From an uncultured Verrucomicrobiae bacterium (GTDB lineage: Bacteria; Verrucomicrobiota; Verrucomicrobiia; Limisphaerales; UBA11358), in assembly GCA_963746345.1 (NCBI GenBank), contig CAVVAN010000004.1:582063-646062 (forward strand): 64,000 nt of DNA, in the 5' to 3' direction. The position numbers and the translations under genes are program-made. Positions 39,544-49,726 of this stretch are shown here, piece by piece (within the stretch, counting starts at the first letter, position 1; each line of letters starts with the position of its first letter). The notes under the pieces are model-generated. The model worked only from the letters and a program-made list of their open reading frames with translations, made no database searches and was not told the origin of the DNA.

Positions 39544-41551
39544 ATGCGCGTGTTGACTGAAAGTGGAACAAAGGTTTTGCCGGCCCAATCGTCCGCGCAA
39601 CTCCAATTTCAAACCGAATTTGCAAGGGAATTGGAAGCCGCCATTTTGCGGTCGCAGAAATTTCTTCTCGGCGAACAAAAGCCGGAAGGCTACTGGATCG
39701 GCGAATTGATGGTGGATTCCACGCTCGTTTCGGACATGGTCGCGTATCATCACTGGAACGGCAAAGTGGACCAGCGAATGGCAGCGCAAGGCGGTCAACC
39801 ACATCTTCTCCATGCAATTGCCCGACGGCGGCTGGAACATTTATTACGGCGGCCCGTCGGAAGTCAACGCGACCATCAAGGCCTATCTGGCGCTGAAACT
39901 GGCCGGGGTGTCCGGTGACCGATCCGCGCATGTTGCAGCGCGCGCGAAGTCGCGCTGCAGTCTCGGCGGCGTGCCGCGCATGAACACATTTTCCAAATTG
40001 TATCTCGCGCTGCTCGGACTTGTTTCCGTGGGAATATGTGCCGACCATTCCCTGCGAAGTGATGCTGCATCGGCAAATGGTTTCACGTGAATTTCTGGGA
40101 CATGAGCAACTGGTCGCGCGGCGATGCTCGTGCCGCTGGCCATCATCAACCATTTCAAGCCGACGCGCCCGGTGAAAGTGAATCTGGACGAACTTTATCC
40201 CGACGGCATCCACGAACGCGACCTTGCGCTCGCGCCCGACCCGGAAAAAATTTCGCTGGCGCAATTTTTTCCTGTGGCTGGACCGTCTGCACAAATTCGC
40301 CGAATGGTTCGCCGAGCATAAAATCCATCCGTTCCGCAAAATCGCGCTGAAAAAATGCGAGAACTGGATGCTCGAACGCTTTGAAGGCACCGACGGCCTG
40401 GCCGCGATTTTCCCGGCGATGCTCAATTCGCTCATCGCGTTGAAAGCGCTGGGTTATCCCGACGACCATCCGCAAGTCGTCCGCGCCGCGCATGAGTTGA
40501 AAAAACTGGAGCACGAGACGGAAGATAACGTCCGCATCGAGCCGTGTTTTTCGCCGGTCTGGGACACGGCCATCGTCGCGATTTGCCTGCACGAATCCGG
40601 CATTTCCGAAGACCATCCGCGACTGAAAAAGGCCGCCGAATGGCTGATGGAAAAGGAAATCCGTTTTCGCGGCGACTGGCATTACAAAAATCCGGCGAAC
40701 GTCGAGCCGAGCGGCTGGGTTTTTGAATTCAACAACAAATGGAATCCGGACGTGGACGACACGGCGATGGTGCTGCTCGCGTTGCGGAAAATTCCGACGG
40801 ACAATCCGCAAAAGCGCGACGAATGTTTCCAGCGCGGCTTGAAATGGATGATGACATTTCAATGCAAGGACGGCGGCTGGGCGTCGTTCGACAAGGATTG
40901 CACGAAAAACATTTTGGAAAAAGTTCCGTTCGCCGACCACAACGCCATGCTCGATCCCGAATGCGCCGACATCACCGCGCGCATTCTGGAATTGCTCGGC
41001 TACGAAGATTGGAGCAACGGCCATCCGCAGGTCGAAGAGGCGCTTGCAATTCATCCGCGACGCATCAGGAAGACGACGGCTCGTGGTATGGCCGCTGGGG
41101 CGTGAATTACATTTACGGCACCTGGCAGGTTTTGCGCGGAATGCGCGCGCTGAACCTGGACATGAACGAAGCCTGGCTTCAACGCGGCCGCGCGTGGCTG
41201 GAAAGCGTCCAGCACGAAGACGGCGGCTGGGGCGAACGCTGCAACACTTACGACGATCCGGTTTTCAAAGGCCAGGGGCCCAGCACCGCCTCGCAAACCG
41301 CGTGGGCCGTCATGGGCCTGTGCGCGTTCGACGATCCGGAAAATCCCGCGCTCAAACGCGGCATCGAATATCTTGATGCGCACGCAAAATCCCGACGGCT
41401 CGTGGACGGAACACGAAACGACCGGCACGGGTTTCCCGAAAGTGTTTTATTTGAAATACGACATGTACCGCAACGCCTGGCCGCTGCTCGCGCTGGCGAC
41501 TTATAAAAAAATCTGCGAACGCGCGGCGGCGAAAAACGGCGCGCATCCTTA
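39544..41551 (+). pseudogene. shc: squalene-hopene cyclase (about 8 frameshifts)
   Basis: QW-type repeats (..Q.PDGGWNIYYGG.., QCKDGGWASF, QHEDGGWGE), DxDD motif PDVDDTAMV, C-terminus ..TGTGFPKVFYLKYDMYRNAWPLLALA.. spread over many frames. Confidence 0.9.
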
Positions 41552-41558
41552 AAATCAA

Positions 41559-42656
41559 ATGGGCTGGCCGTATAAAAAACTCGTCCGCCCGCTGTTCTTC
41601 GCGCAAGACGCGGAACGTGCGCACGATTTCACGCTGAAAATTCTCGCGCGCGCCAGCCGAGACGAATTCATCTGCAATGCAATCGGAAAAATTTTCTCCG
41701 CGCCGGAATTGCCCGTTGAACTTTTTGGCCTGAAATTTCCAAATCCAGTCGGCCTCGCCGCCGGCATGGACAAATTTGCCGCCGCCGTTCCGGTCTGGGA
41801 AAAATTCGGTTTCGGTTTCTGCGAACTCGGCGGCGTGACGTGGCACGCGCAGGACGGAAATCCGCAGCCGCGAATGTTCCGCGCCGTCGCTGACGAGGCG
41901 ATTGTCAACCGCATGGGCTTCAATAATCCCGGCGCGGAAGCTTTCGCGCAAAAACTTTCCGAATGGAAAAATCTCGGACGCTGGCCAAAGCATCCTGTCG
42001 GCATCAATCTCGGCAAATCCAAAATCACGCCGTTGGAAAAAGCCGCCGAAGATTATGCAAATTCATTTCGCGCGTTGCGCGACCTCGCGGATTTTTTTGT
42101 CATCAACGTCAGTTCGCCGAACACGCCGAATTTGCGCCAGCTTCAGGACAAAACCGCGCTCGACGAAATTCTCGCGGCGATTCAGGAACAAAACAAAATT
42201 CAGAAGCCGGTTTTGGTCAAAGTCGCGCCCGATCTTTCATTTGAAGCGCTTGACGAAATTTTGGAATTGGTTTCGTCGCGGCAAATCGCCGGAATCGTCG
42301 CGACGAACACAACCATTTCGCGTCCGCAAACAAATGATTCGCGTTTGCAAAAAATTTATTCCGAAACCGGCGGCTTGAGCGGCAAACCGTTGCGCGCGCG
42401 CAGCACGGAAATCATCCGCCACATTTTCAAGCAGACGAACGGCAAATTGCCAATCATCGGCGTCGGCGGAATTTTCAACGCGGATGACGCCTGGGAAAAA
42501 ATCACGGCAGGCGCTTCGCTCGTGCAAATTTACACCGGCCTTGTTTTTGAGGGGCCGGGCATCACAAAAAAAATAGTGAACGGCCTGCGTAAAAAACAGG
42601 GAGAGGCCGGAATGAAAAATTTGCGCGAGGCCATCGGGTCGGTTTTTCAAAAATGA
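41559..42656 (+). CDS. pyrD: dihydroorotate dehydrogenase (quinone), class 2
   Basis: Intact 365 aa. N-terminal membrane-association helix region, ..GLAAGMDK.., NVSSPNTP.LR, ..GVGGI...DA.EKI.AGASLVQIYTG.. Confidence 0.9.
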   Translation: MGWPYKKLVRPLFFAQDAERAHDFTLKILARASRDEFICNAIGKIFSAPELPVELFGLKFPNPVGLAAGMDKFAAAVPVWEKFGFGFCELGGVTWHAQDGNPQPRMFRAVADEAIVNRMGFNNPGAEAFAQKLSEWKNLGRWPKHPVGINLGKSKITPLEKAAEDYANSFRALRDLADFFVINVSSPNTPNLRQLQDKTALDEILAAIQEQNKIQKPVLVKVAPDLSFEALDEILELVSSRQIAGIVATNTTISRPQTNDSRLQKIYSETGGLSGKPLRARSTEIIRHIFKQTNGKLPIIGVGGIFNADDAWEKITAGASLVQIYTGLVFEGPGITKKIVNGLRKKQGEAGMKNLREAIGSVFQK

Positions 42657-42699
42657 TTTTTATGTGGACACTTTTTTCCGGCTTTGATACTACAAGATT

Positions 42700-43464
42700 A
42701 TGAGCTTCAAAATTTCCCGCTACGGCTGGATTCCAGACTTGCCGGATCATCGCGACCATCTTTATGCTGCACCTCCTGAAGTTGCCGGCGTGATTCCTGC
42801 CAGCGCCGATTTGCGCGCACAGTGTCCGCCGGTTTATGACCAAGGTCAGCTTGGAAGTTGCACGGCGAATGCCATTGCTGGTGCGATCCAGTTCGACCAG
42901 ATGAAACAAAAGCTCGCGCAAATTTTCACGCCCGCGCGGCTTTTCATTTATTACAACGAGCGTGTCATTGAACACACGGTTGATTCCGACAGTGGCGCGC
43001 AAATCCGCGACGGCATCAAAAGCGTCGGCAAACAGGGTGATTGCCCTGAATCCGAATGGCCGTATGTCATTTCAAAATTCAAAACCAAGCCACCCGCAAA
43101 ATGCTATTCCGACGCGGTGAAATACAAAGCTATTTTGTATCAGCGCCTGACTCCGGTGTTGAGCCAGTTGAAAGGCTGTCTCGCTTCCGGCTATCCGTTT
43201 GTTTTTGGCTTCACCGTTTATGAAAGTTTTGAAAGCGCGCAGGTCGCCAAGACCGGCCACGCTTCGCTGCCGAAGTCGAGCGAACAATCCATCGGCGGGC
43301 ACGCCGTCATGTGCGTTGGTTACGATGATTCAAAACAATGGTTCATCGTCCGAAATTCCTGGGGCGACAAATGGGGCATGAAAGGTTATTTCACCCTGCC
43401 CTATTCGTATTTGATTTCCTCAAACCTCGCCAGCGACTTCTGGACAATTCGAGTTGTTGCGTGA
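42700..43464 (+). CDS. papain-family (C1) cysteine peptidase with no signal peptide or prodomain
   Basis: 254 aa. Catalytic Cys in DQGQLGSCTANA, His in GGHAVMCVGYDD, Asn/Trp in VRNSWGDKWG. Confidence 0.8.
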   Translation: MSFKISRYGWIPDLPDHRDHLYAAPPEVAGVIPASADLRAQCPPVYDQGQLGSCTANAIAGAIQFDQMKQKLAQIFTPARLFIYYNERVIEHTVDSDSGAQIRDGIKSVGKQGDCPESEWPYVISKFKTKPPAKCYSDAVKYKAILYQRLTPVLSQLKGCLASGYPFVFGFTVYESFESAQVAKTGHASLPKSSEQSIGGHAVMCVGYDDSKQWFIVRNSWGDKWGMKGYFTLPYSYLISSNLASDFWTIRVVA

Positions 43465-43500
43465 TTATCATTATTTATCGAGTCGATCTCCAAAAAAATT

Positions 43501-43799
43501 ATGACTCTCACAAAACGCGATCTCGTCACCGCATCAGCGATGAAATGGGACTCGGCCAGAAGCAGGTTTTTGACGTCGTGCAAAAAACGCTCGACTACAT
43601 CACCGAAGCGCTCGCCAAAGGTGATAAGGTGGAACTTCGCAAGTTTGGCGTATTCGAAGTCAAAGTCCGCAAGGCGCGCGTCGGGCGCAATCCAAACAAG
43701 CCGGAGACCGACGTGCCGATTCCCGCGCGCTCGATGGTCAAATTCAAATCCGGCAAGGAAATGCGCGCGCAAGTTTTGAAACTGCCGGCCAAATCGTGA
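43501..43799 (+). pseudogene. HU/IHF-family DNA-binding protein (1 frameshift near 43530)
   Basis: MTLTKRDLVT in one frame, then RISDEMGLGQKQVFDVV...ELRKFGVFEVKVRKARVGRNPNKPE..VPIPAR in the next. The shift is consistent with a missing C in a C-run. Confidence 0.85.
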
Positions 43800-43802
43800 T
43801 TC

Positions 43803-43866
43803 GTTGAATTGTTAAATCGGCTTTTTCACGATTCAACAATTTAACTGTTTAACGATTCAACAAATT
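43803..43866. repeat. imperfect hairpin repeat of the cgattcaacaatttaac family
   Basis: Arms at 43803-43819 and 43829-43845 match 15/17, with a third direct partial copy at 43851-43866. The same family occurs at 47274-47320. Confidence 0.6.
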
Positions 43867-43882
43867 CCTTTAATTTCCGCGC

Positions 43883-45124
43883 ATGGAACGATTGCCCGGA
43901 TTCAGAGATTTTTATCCCGAACCGCTCCCGCACAGCCGACACTTGGAGCGCCGACGCGCGCCAATTCATTTTTGACAAATGGCGCGAAACGGCCCGGCGT
44001 TACAATTTCCGCGAATACGACGGCCCGCCGCTCGAACCGCTGGAACTTTTCACCACCAAAAGCGGCGAGGAAATTGTCGGCCAGCTCTACAATTTCACGG
44101 ACAAGGGTGAACGCGCCGTTTCGCTGCGGCCGGAAATGACCCCTACCCTTGCGCGCATGGTCGCCGCGCACGAACGCAATTACAAAAAGCCCATCAAATG
44201 GTTCGCGCTGCCGCAATTGTTCCGCTACGAACGCCAGCAGAAAGGCCGTCTGCGCGAACATTTTCAGTTCAACGCCGATATCATCGGCGAGAGCGATCCG
44301 GCGGCGGACGCGGAACTGATCGCGCTGCTCATTGACACGCTGCGCGCGTTTGGTTTGACTGAACAGGATTTTGTCATCCGCTTGAGCAGCCGCAATGCGT
44401 GGCAGGAATTTTATAAGAGCAAAGCTGCAAGCAGAACTTGGTCGAATACGACTTTTACCAGATCATTGACAAGTTGGAACGCACACCGCCCGCAGAATCT
44501 GGGAAAAAATTATCCGCGCTCGGATTTTCGCTGACGGAGGTAAACGCGTTCATTGAATCGGGCAAGCCGACGGCAGAATTGCAGAGTATTTTAGACAATC
44601 TCGCCGCGCGCGGCCTCGGCGGTTTTGTCAAGATCGATTATCGCGTCATTCGCGGCCTCGCGTATTACACCGGCGTCGTGTTCGAGGCGTTCGATGCGAA
44701 AGGCGAGTTCCGCGCCATCGCGGGCGGCGGACGCTACGACAATCTCGTCAAGCTCATCAGCGGCGGCAAGGTGAACCTGCCCGCGCTCGGCTTCGGCATG
44801 GGCGACGTGGTGCTGCTGGAGATTTTGAAAGCGCGCGGCCTGTTGCCGAAATTCGACGCGAACGTGGACGTTTTTGTTTTGATCGAGGACGAAACCCTCC
44901 GCGCGCCGTCGTTGAAACTCATCCAGGAATTGCGCGCCGCCGGATTTGCCGTCGAGTATCCGCTCACGCCCGCCAAGCCGGACAAACAATTCAAGCGCGC
45001 GCAGGAATTGAAGGCGGCGTTCACGGCCAAAGTGGAAAGCGAATCCTACGTGCGCATCCGCAACTTGAAGACGCGCGATGAAATCGTCGCCGGCTTTGCC
45101 GACGCGGCGAATCATTTGAGGTGA
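43883..45124 (+). pseudogene. hisS: histidyl-tRNA synthetase (at least 2 frameshifts)
   Basis: MERLPGFRDFYPE, ..RPEMTP..AR.., ..FRYERPQ-like FRYERQQKGR.REF.Q.., GGGRYD motif, and the anticodon-binding C-terminus intact in ORF 44438..45124. Confidence 0.9.
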
Positions 45125-45133
45125 AATGTTTTT

Positions 45134-46147
45134 ATGAAAAGCTTCACGAAGCTTGTTTGGGCGATTTTAACATTCGGGATTTTTGTCTTTTCTGTTCACG
45201 GACAAGACAACGCCACAAATTTTTACAATCGCGCGATGAGCGAACGAGAAAAAGGAAACTACGACGCTGCCATCACCAATTTCTCGCAAGCCATTAAGCT
45301 GAATCCAAAATTCGCGGCTGCCTACGACGACCGAGGCTATACAAAAGATTTGAAAGGCGATTACGACGGTGCAATTGCCGACTCGACTCAAGCTATTCAA
45401 ATAGATCCAAAATACGCACCGGCTTACAATGACCGTGGCCTCGCCAAAAAAGATAAAGGCGACTTTGCAGGAGCTATGGACGACTTCAATCGTTCAATAG
45501 AAGCTGACCCGCAACATGGAAACGCTTACCACAATAGAGCCATTGCCAAGTTAGATAAGAAAGATTACGACGGAGCAATCGCTGACTTCAATCTGGCCAT
45601 TAAGTTTAAGCCAAAGGAAAATGAATCAAAATCATTGCCAGACTCTTATTATGGTCGCGCCATCGCCAAAGTAAAAAAAGGAAATTTAGATGATGCAATT
45701 GCTGATTTCAGTCAAGTGATTAAGCTAAATTCAAAATATGCGAACGCCTACAACGGCAGAGGCAATGCCGAGAAATCCAAAGGTGATTACGATGATGCCA
45801 TTACCGATTATAGTCGTGCTATTGAGTTAAATCCAAAATTTGTCTTTGCCTATGTTGGCCGAGGTAGCGCGAAAGCAGGCAAATATGATGACGACGGAGC
45901 AATTGATGATTATACAAAAGCCATCGAAATTGATCCGAAACATATGTCAGCTTATTACAATCGTGGCATCGTGAAAAAACATATGTCCAATTACGACGGT
46001 GCAATTGTTGATTTTACAAAGGCAATTGAACTAGATCCAAAAAACGCGGAGATTTATCGCGAACGAAGCGAACTCCGGCGTCTCACCCATGATTACGACG
46101 GTGCGATGTCCGACTTAAACAAAGCCGCGAGCCTTGGAGAAAATTAA
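45134..46147 (+). CDS. secreted TPR-repeat protein with about nine near-consensus 34-aa units
   Basis: Intact 337 aa with a signal peptide. Repeating unit GDYDGAIADF..AI.L.PK.A.AY..RG.AK... Low-GC. Confidence 0.75.
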   Translation: MKSFTKLVWAILTFGIFVFSVHGQDNATNFYNRAMSEREKGNYDAAITNFSQAIKLNPKFAAAYDDRGYTKDLKGDYDGAIADSTQAIQIDPKYAPAYNDRGLAKKDKGDFAGAMDDFNRSIEADPQHGNAYHNRAIAKLDKKDYDGAIADFNLAIKFKPKENESKSLPDSYYGRAIAKVKKGNLDDAIADFSQVIKLNSKYANAYNGRGNAEKSKGDYDDAITDYSRAIELNPKFVFAYVGRGSAKAGKYDDDGAIDDYTKAIEIDPKHMSAYYNRGIVKKHMSNYDGAIVDFTKAIELDPKNAEIYRERSELRRLTHDYDGAMSDLNKAASLGEN

Positions 46148-46172
46148 AAAGGCGAGGCTTTCGCCCCGCCTT
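46146..46172 (-). terminator. stem-loop terminator between convergent TPR gene and rplS
   Basis: 10-bp stem aaggcgaggc/gccccgcctt with 1 mismatch, loop tttc, and a T-run on the minus strand. Confidence 0.6.
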
Positions 46173-46193
46173 CGTGAAATTTTGTTCGCGGAA

Positions 46194-46571
46194 TTACTTC
46201 GCCGGTGAGGCCACGGCTTTTTCCTGTTTTTCGTTCACCAGCGTCGCGCCCTTGCCGAGGCGTTTGCGGAGGTAGGTGAGTTTCGCGCGGCGCACCTGGC
46301 CGTGGCGCTCGACTTCAATCTTGTCCACGCGCGGCGAGTGCAGCGGGAACACGCGCTCGACGCCTTCGCCGTAGCTGATGCGGCGCACGGTGAACGTCTC
46401 GTTCAGGCCGGTGCCGCGTTTGCCGATGACGACGCCCGCAAAAATCTGGATGCGTTCCTTGTCGCCTTCGACGACTTTGGTGTGCACTTTCACCGAATCG
46501 CCGACGGCGAATTTCGCGTCGTCTTTGCGATATTGTTCCGATTCAATTTTTTCTTGTAATATCTGGTTCAT
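46194..46571 (-). CDS. rplS: 50S ribosomal protein L19
   Basis: Intact 125 aa. ..[24 protein letters not shown]...G.G...TFTVR.. Confidence 0.9.
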   Translation of the reverse strand: MNQILQEKIESEQYRKDDAKFAVGDSVKVHTKVVEGDKERIQIFAGVVIGKRGTGLNETFTVRRISYGEGVERVFPLHSPRVDKIEVERHGQVRRAKLTYLRKRLGKGATLVNEKQEKAVASPAK

Positions 46572-46586
46572 AAATTTTCTTAAATT

Positions 46587-47256
46587 TTATTTCAACAAAT
46601 CCGGTCGCTGCTTTTCCGTCCGCAACTTCGCCTGTTCGCGCCGCCATTTTTCGATCTCGGCGTGGTTGCCGGACAGCAACACTTCGGGAACTTTCATCCC
46701 GCGAAATTCCGCCGGCCGCGTGTATTGCGGATATTCCAGCAATCCGGCGCTGAACGATTCGTCGCGCGAACTTTCGTCGTCGCCCAAAACTCCGGGCAGC
46801 AGCCGCGTGACCGCGTCAATCACCACCATCGCCGGCAGCGCGCCGTTCGTCAGCACATAATCGCCGATGGACAATTCGTCGTCGGCCAGCGCCTCGCGCA
46901 CGCGCTCGTCAAAACCTTCGTAACTGCCGCAGACCAGCAGCAAATCTTTTTCCTGCGCCAGTTCGCGCGCAATTTCCTGCGTAAAATTTTCGTCCGCTGG
47001 GCGAAAGCAAAATCACTTTCGTCTTTTCGCGCTGCAAACTTTCAATCGCTTCAAAGAGCGGCTCGACTTTCAGCAACATTCCCGGCCCGCCGCCGAACGG
47101 CCGGTCATCCACGGTCTTGTGCCGGTCGTGCGTCCAGTCGCGCAGGTTGTGGATTTTCAGATCCAGCAACCTGGCCTCGCGCGCGCGCTTGACGATGCTT
47201 TCATCGAGCGGCCCGGCGAACATCGCCGGAAACAAAGTGAGCACGTCAATTTTCAT
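46587..47256 (-). pseudogene. trmD: tRNA (guanine37-N1)-methyltransferase TrmD (1 frameshift near 46985)
   Basis: MKIDVLTLFP.MF.GPL..SI..RA, ..VDDRPFGGGPGM.., then [15 protein letters not shown]...[10 protein letters not shown] in the second ORF. Confidence 0.9.
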
Positions 47257-47273
47257 TTGTTGAAGCGTGATTT

Positions 47274-47320
47274 GTTAAATGGTTGAATCGTTCAGGAATT
47301 TTCCGATTCAACCATTCAAC
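47274..47320. repeat. imperfect hairpin repeat of the cgattcaac(c/a)att(t/c)aac family
   Basis: Arms at 47274-47290 and 47304-47320 match 16/17. Lies between the trmD start and the KH-protein stop. Confidence 0.6.
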
Positions 47321-47331
47321 GATTTAACCCT

Positions 47332-47569
47332 TCAACTTTCTTCCACAATTTCCACCGAGCAACGCAAACCTTTTTTCGCGCTGCCGGCCAAAAGCAAAGA
47401 CCGGATCGCGTTAATCGTCATGCCCTGCCGTCCGATAATTTTGCCCACGTCGCTGCGGATCCAGCCGCAATTCATAAACCGTCATGCCCGCGCGTTCCAC
47501 CGGCGTGACCGTCACCGCGCCGGGATTTTGCACGAGTCCTTTGACGACGTATTCCAGGAACTCCTGCAT
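47332..47569 (-). pseudogene. KH-domain RNA-binding protein, YlqC-like (1 frameshift near 47455)
   Basis: [38 protein letters not shown], then ..VGKIIGRQGMTINAIRSLL..LRCSVEIVEES* in another frame. Confidence 0.8.
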
Positions 47570-47584
47570 GACGCGAAAAAGTTT

Positions 47585-47846
47585 TAAGCCGCCGCCGGAG
47601 CGGGCGCCGCTTTGCCCAATTTCTTGATGAAGCTGGCGACGGTGTCGCTCGGCTGCGCGCCTTTGCTGATCCAGTATTGGGCGCGGTCCAGCTTGAGCGA
47701 GAAATTTCGCCCTTTTTGAGCGGATTGTAAGTGCCGATTTCCTCAATGAACTTGCCATCGCGGGGACTGCGGCCATCGGCCACGACAATGCGGAATGCCG
47801 GCGTGTTTTTCGTGCCGACCCGTTTCATGCGAATTTTTACAGACAT
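47585..47846 (-). pseudogene. rpsP: 30S ribosomal protein S16 (1 frameshift near 47700)
   Basis: [43 protein letters not shown], then [21 protein letters not shown].. in the next frame. Confidence 0.9.
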
Positions 47847-47940
47847 AAATTTTTCAAAAGGACGCGGAGAATAGCAGTTGCGGTTTGTTTTGCAAGTGTT
47901 GAATTAAAAAAGAAAGCTACGCTTGTGTTAAGCGGCATGG

Positions 47941-48411
47941 TCACAATCTTACAGGCAACTTTTCTTTCCTGCGGTAAAAGTAACTTGCCAATCTAACAAA
48001 ACCAACGGATGCGAGCAAAATCATAGGCAACGTATAAACCACGACAACCATGGGCAAAAGATAAAGTATTTCGGCTGCATCTTGTGATGACGCTACATCC
48101 CTAAATGACAATAAGACAAACAGCATTTCCGTAACAATAATAGTGGCAACAACAGCAAATAATTTACTTCGGACAATTCTTGCAAGGATAAACGACACCA
48201 CACCGATAATAATTGCGCCAACACTCATTTGCGCCATGACTGGAACGGGATTCTGACCATTTCCATCTGTGGACACAAAAAGCACACTCAACGCCGTGCC
48301 CACAAAAATGAGTGTCGCATCTAATAAGATTTCTTTCAGACGAGTCACAGCCGATTCGTATATCAAGTTTGACAAATGCACAACAGCAAATTGAAAACTT
48401 GCAACTTTCAA
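47941..48411 (-). CDS. small polytopic membrane protein of unknown function (start uncertain)
   Basis: 156-aa ORF with ~4 hydrophobic helices, low GC. The annotated TTG start lies inside repeat copy A, so the true start is probably further downstream. Confidence 0.45.
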   Translation of the reverse strand: MKVASFQFAVVHLSNLIYESAVTRLKEILLDATLIFVGTALSVLFVSTDGNGQNPVPVMAQMSVGAIIIGVVSFILARIVRSKLFAVVATIIVTEMLFVLLSFRDVASSQDAAEILYLLPMVVVVYTLPMILLASVGFVRLASYFYRRKEKLPVRL

Positions 48412-48492
48412 CCTTCAACTTGAAACTAAATCCATGAGCAAGCCGTATGAGGAAATCCTCGAAGGCGCGTCGCTGCCGCGTTCCGCGCCGGA
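48391..48492. repeat. direct repeat copy A (102 nt): leader plus first 59 nt of the Uma2 gene
   Basis: Matches 49723-49824 at 101/102 positions. It heads only a 24-codon stub ORF (48434-48508). Confidence 0.95.
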
Positions 48493-48532
48493 TTTAGTTT
48501 GCAAATGATTTAAGCACGCCTATTTTACTTGC

Positions 48533-48721
48533 ATGAGTTCGGTTCAAGAAATTGAAGCTGTCATTCCAAAGCTGTCACGCGCTGAAGTTGAAGAAGTCCG
48601 CGCGTGGATTGATGATTTTCTCGAAGACCAGCTTGAACTCACCGATGAAGTGAAGGCCAGACTCGACCAATCCCGCCGCGAAATTGCCGACGGCAATTAC
48701 ACGACTCGCCAGCCGAAATAA
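48533..48721 (+). CDS. small antitoxin-like protein (addiction-module-component type)
   Basis: 62 aa, acidic. ..IPKLSRAEVEEVRAWIDDFLED.. The stop is 2 nt before the RelE/ParE gene. Confidence 0.6.
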   Translation: MSSVQEIEAVIPKLSRAEVEEVRAWIDDFLEDQLELTDEVKARLDQSRREIADGNYTTRQPK

Positions 48722-48723
48722 TC

Positions 48724-48987
48724 GTGGCTGCCGCGCTCCAAATCTGGTCGCACACCTTTTCAAAATCATTTGACGACTTGCCGTCCGGCGTTCGCGAAAC
48801 CGTGCGGCGCAAGATTGATGAAATGGGGATGCGATTGGAAAATTTTTCGCACCAGCGATTGCAAGGCCGTCCCGAGTTCAAGCTGCGTGTTGGCGATTAT
48901 CGGGTGCTTTACGAATTCGATGCGAAGCTTGGCCGGATTTATCTGCATTACGTCGGCAACCGGCGCGAAATTTACAAACGGGTTTAG
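48724..48987 (+). CDS. RelE/ParE-family toxin
   Basis: 87 aa with GTG start. ..FKLRVGDYRVLYEFDAKLGRIYLHYVGNRREIY. Confidence 0.8.
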   Translation: MAAALQIWSHTFSKSFDDLPSGVRETVRRKIDEMGMRLENFSHQRLQGRPEFKLRVGDYRVLYEFDAKLGRIYLHYVGNRREIYKRV

Positions 48988-48990
48988 TCA

Positions 48991-49040
48991 TTGAAAACTT
49001 GCAACTTTCAACCTTCAACTCGAAACTAAATCCGTGAGCA
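48991..49040. repeat. direct repeat copy B (first 50 nt only)
   Basis: Matches copy A positions 1-50 at 48/50. Lies immediately after the RelE/ParE stop. Confidence 0.9.
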
Positions 49041-49079
49041 ATTTCCTACTTGCCCAAGTCCAATTTGCGGCGAGAATGA

Positions 49080-49358
49080 TTGTTAGTGAAAGCGAACACT
49101 CAAAAACATTTGACCCGCGAGGAATTGCTTCAGCGCATCTGGATTGATCCGGCGCGTTGCTTCGGCAAGCCGTGCATTCGCGGCCATCGCATCTGGGTTT
49201 CGCTGATTTTGGATTTGCTGGCTTCGGGCATGACCGGGCGCGAAATTCTCAAGGATTATCCGCAGCTTGAGCCGGAAGACATCCAGGCCTGCATCGCTTA
49301 CGGCGCGGAAATGTCGCGCGAACGTTACGTGGACGTGCCGCTCGAAGCGCACGCATGA
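49080..49358 (+). CDS. DUF433-family antitoxin-like protein
   Basis: 92 aa. ..IDPARCFGKPCIRGHRIWVSLILDLLASGMT..ILKDYPQLEPEDIQACIAYG. The start could be the GTG at 49086. Confidence 0.75.
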   Translation: MLVKANTQKHLTREELLQRIWIDPARCFGKPCIRGHRIWVSLILDLLASGMTGREILKDYPQLEPEDIQACIAYGAEMSRERYVDVPLEAHA

Positions 49359-49726
49359 ATCTCAAGCTGGATGAAAATCTCGGCGAGCGCGGGCGTCAAA
49401 TTCTTTCTGCCGCCGGCCATGATGTTGAAACAATCGTCAGCCAATCTCTCGAACGCGCCGAAGATTCAAAGCTCATCGAATGTTGCCGTCGCGAAAAGCG
49501 CGCGTTGATTTCGCTCGATTTGGATTTTGCAAATTCGCTGCGCTTTCGTCCGAGCAAATATTCTGGAATCGCAGTGCTGCGTCTGCCGCGCAAACCGTCG
49601 CATGAAGATTTGTTGAACGCCGTCCGCACGCTCGCCGCCGGATTGGAACGCGAAGAATTGGCCGGAAAACTTTGGGTTATTGAATCCGGGAGAATCCGCG
49701 TGTTTCAGGAACAGGAGCGCGATTGA
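49355..49726 (+). CDS. DUF5615-family (PIN-like) putative toxin
   Basis: 123 aa. MNLKLDENLG......L...GHDV.T......AED..L......E.RALISLDLDF. Overlaps the DUF433 gene by 4 nt. Confidence 0.7.
   Translation: MNLKLDENLGERGRQILSAAGHDVETIVSQSLERAEDSKLIECCRREKRALISLDLDFANSLRFRPSKYSGIAVLRLPRKPSHEDLLNAVRTLAAGLEREELAGKLWVIESGRIRVFQEQERD

Noticed and set aside
45134-46147. Nucleotide-level periodicity in the TPR gene as a tandem DNA repeat or satellite.
   Set aside because: The periodicity is at the protein level (34-aa TPR units with varied codons). It reflects an ordinary repeat protein, not a DNA satellite.
48434-48508. 24-codon ORF MSKPYEEILEGASLPRSAPDLVCK as a real small gene.
   Set aside because: Its first 19 codons duplicate the Uma2 gene's 5' end within repeat copy A. 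It terminates 5 codons after the repeat ends, so it is a by-product of the duplication.
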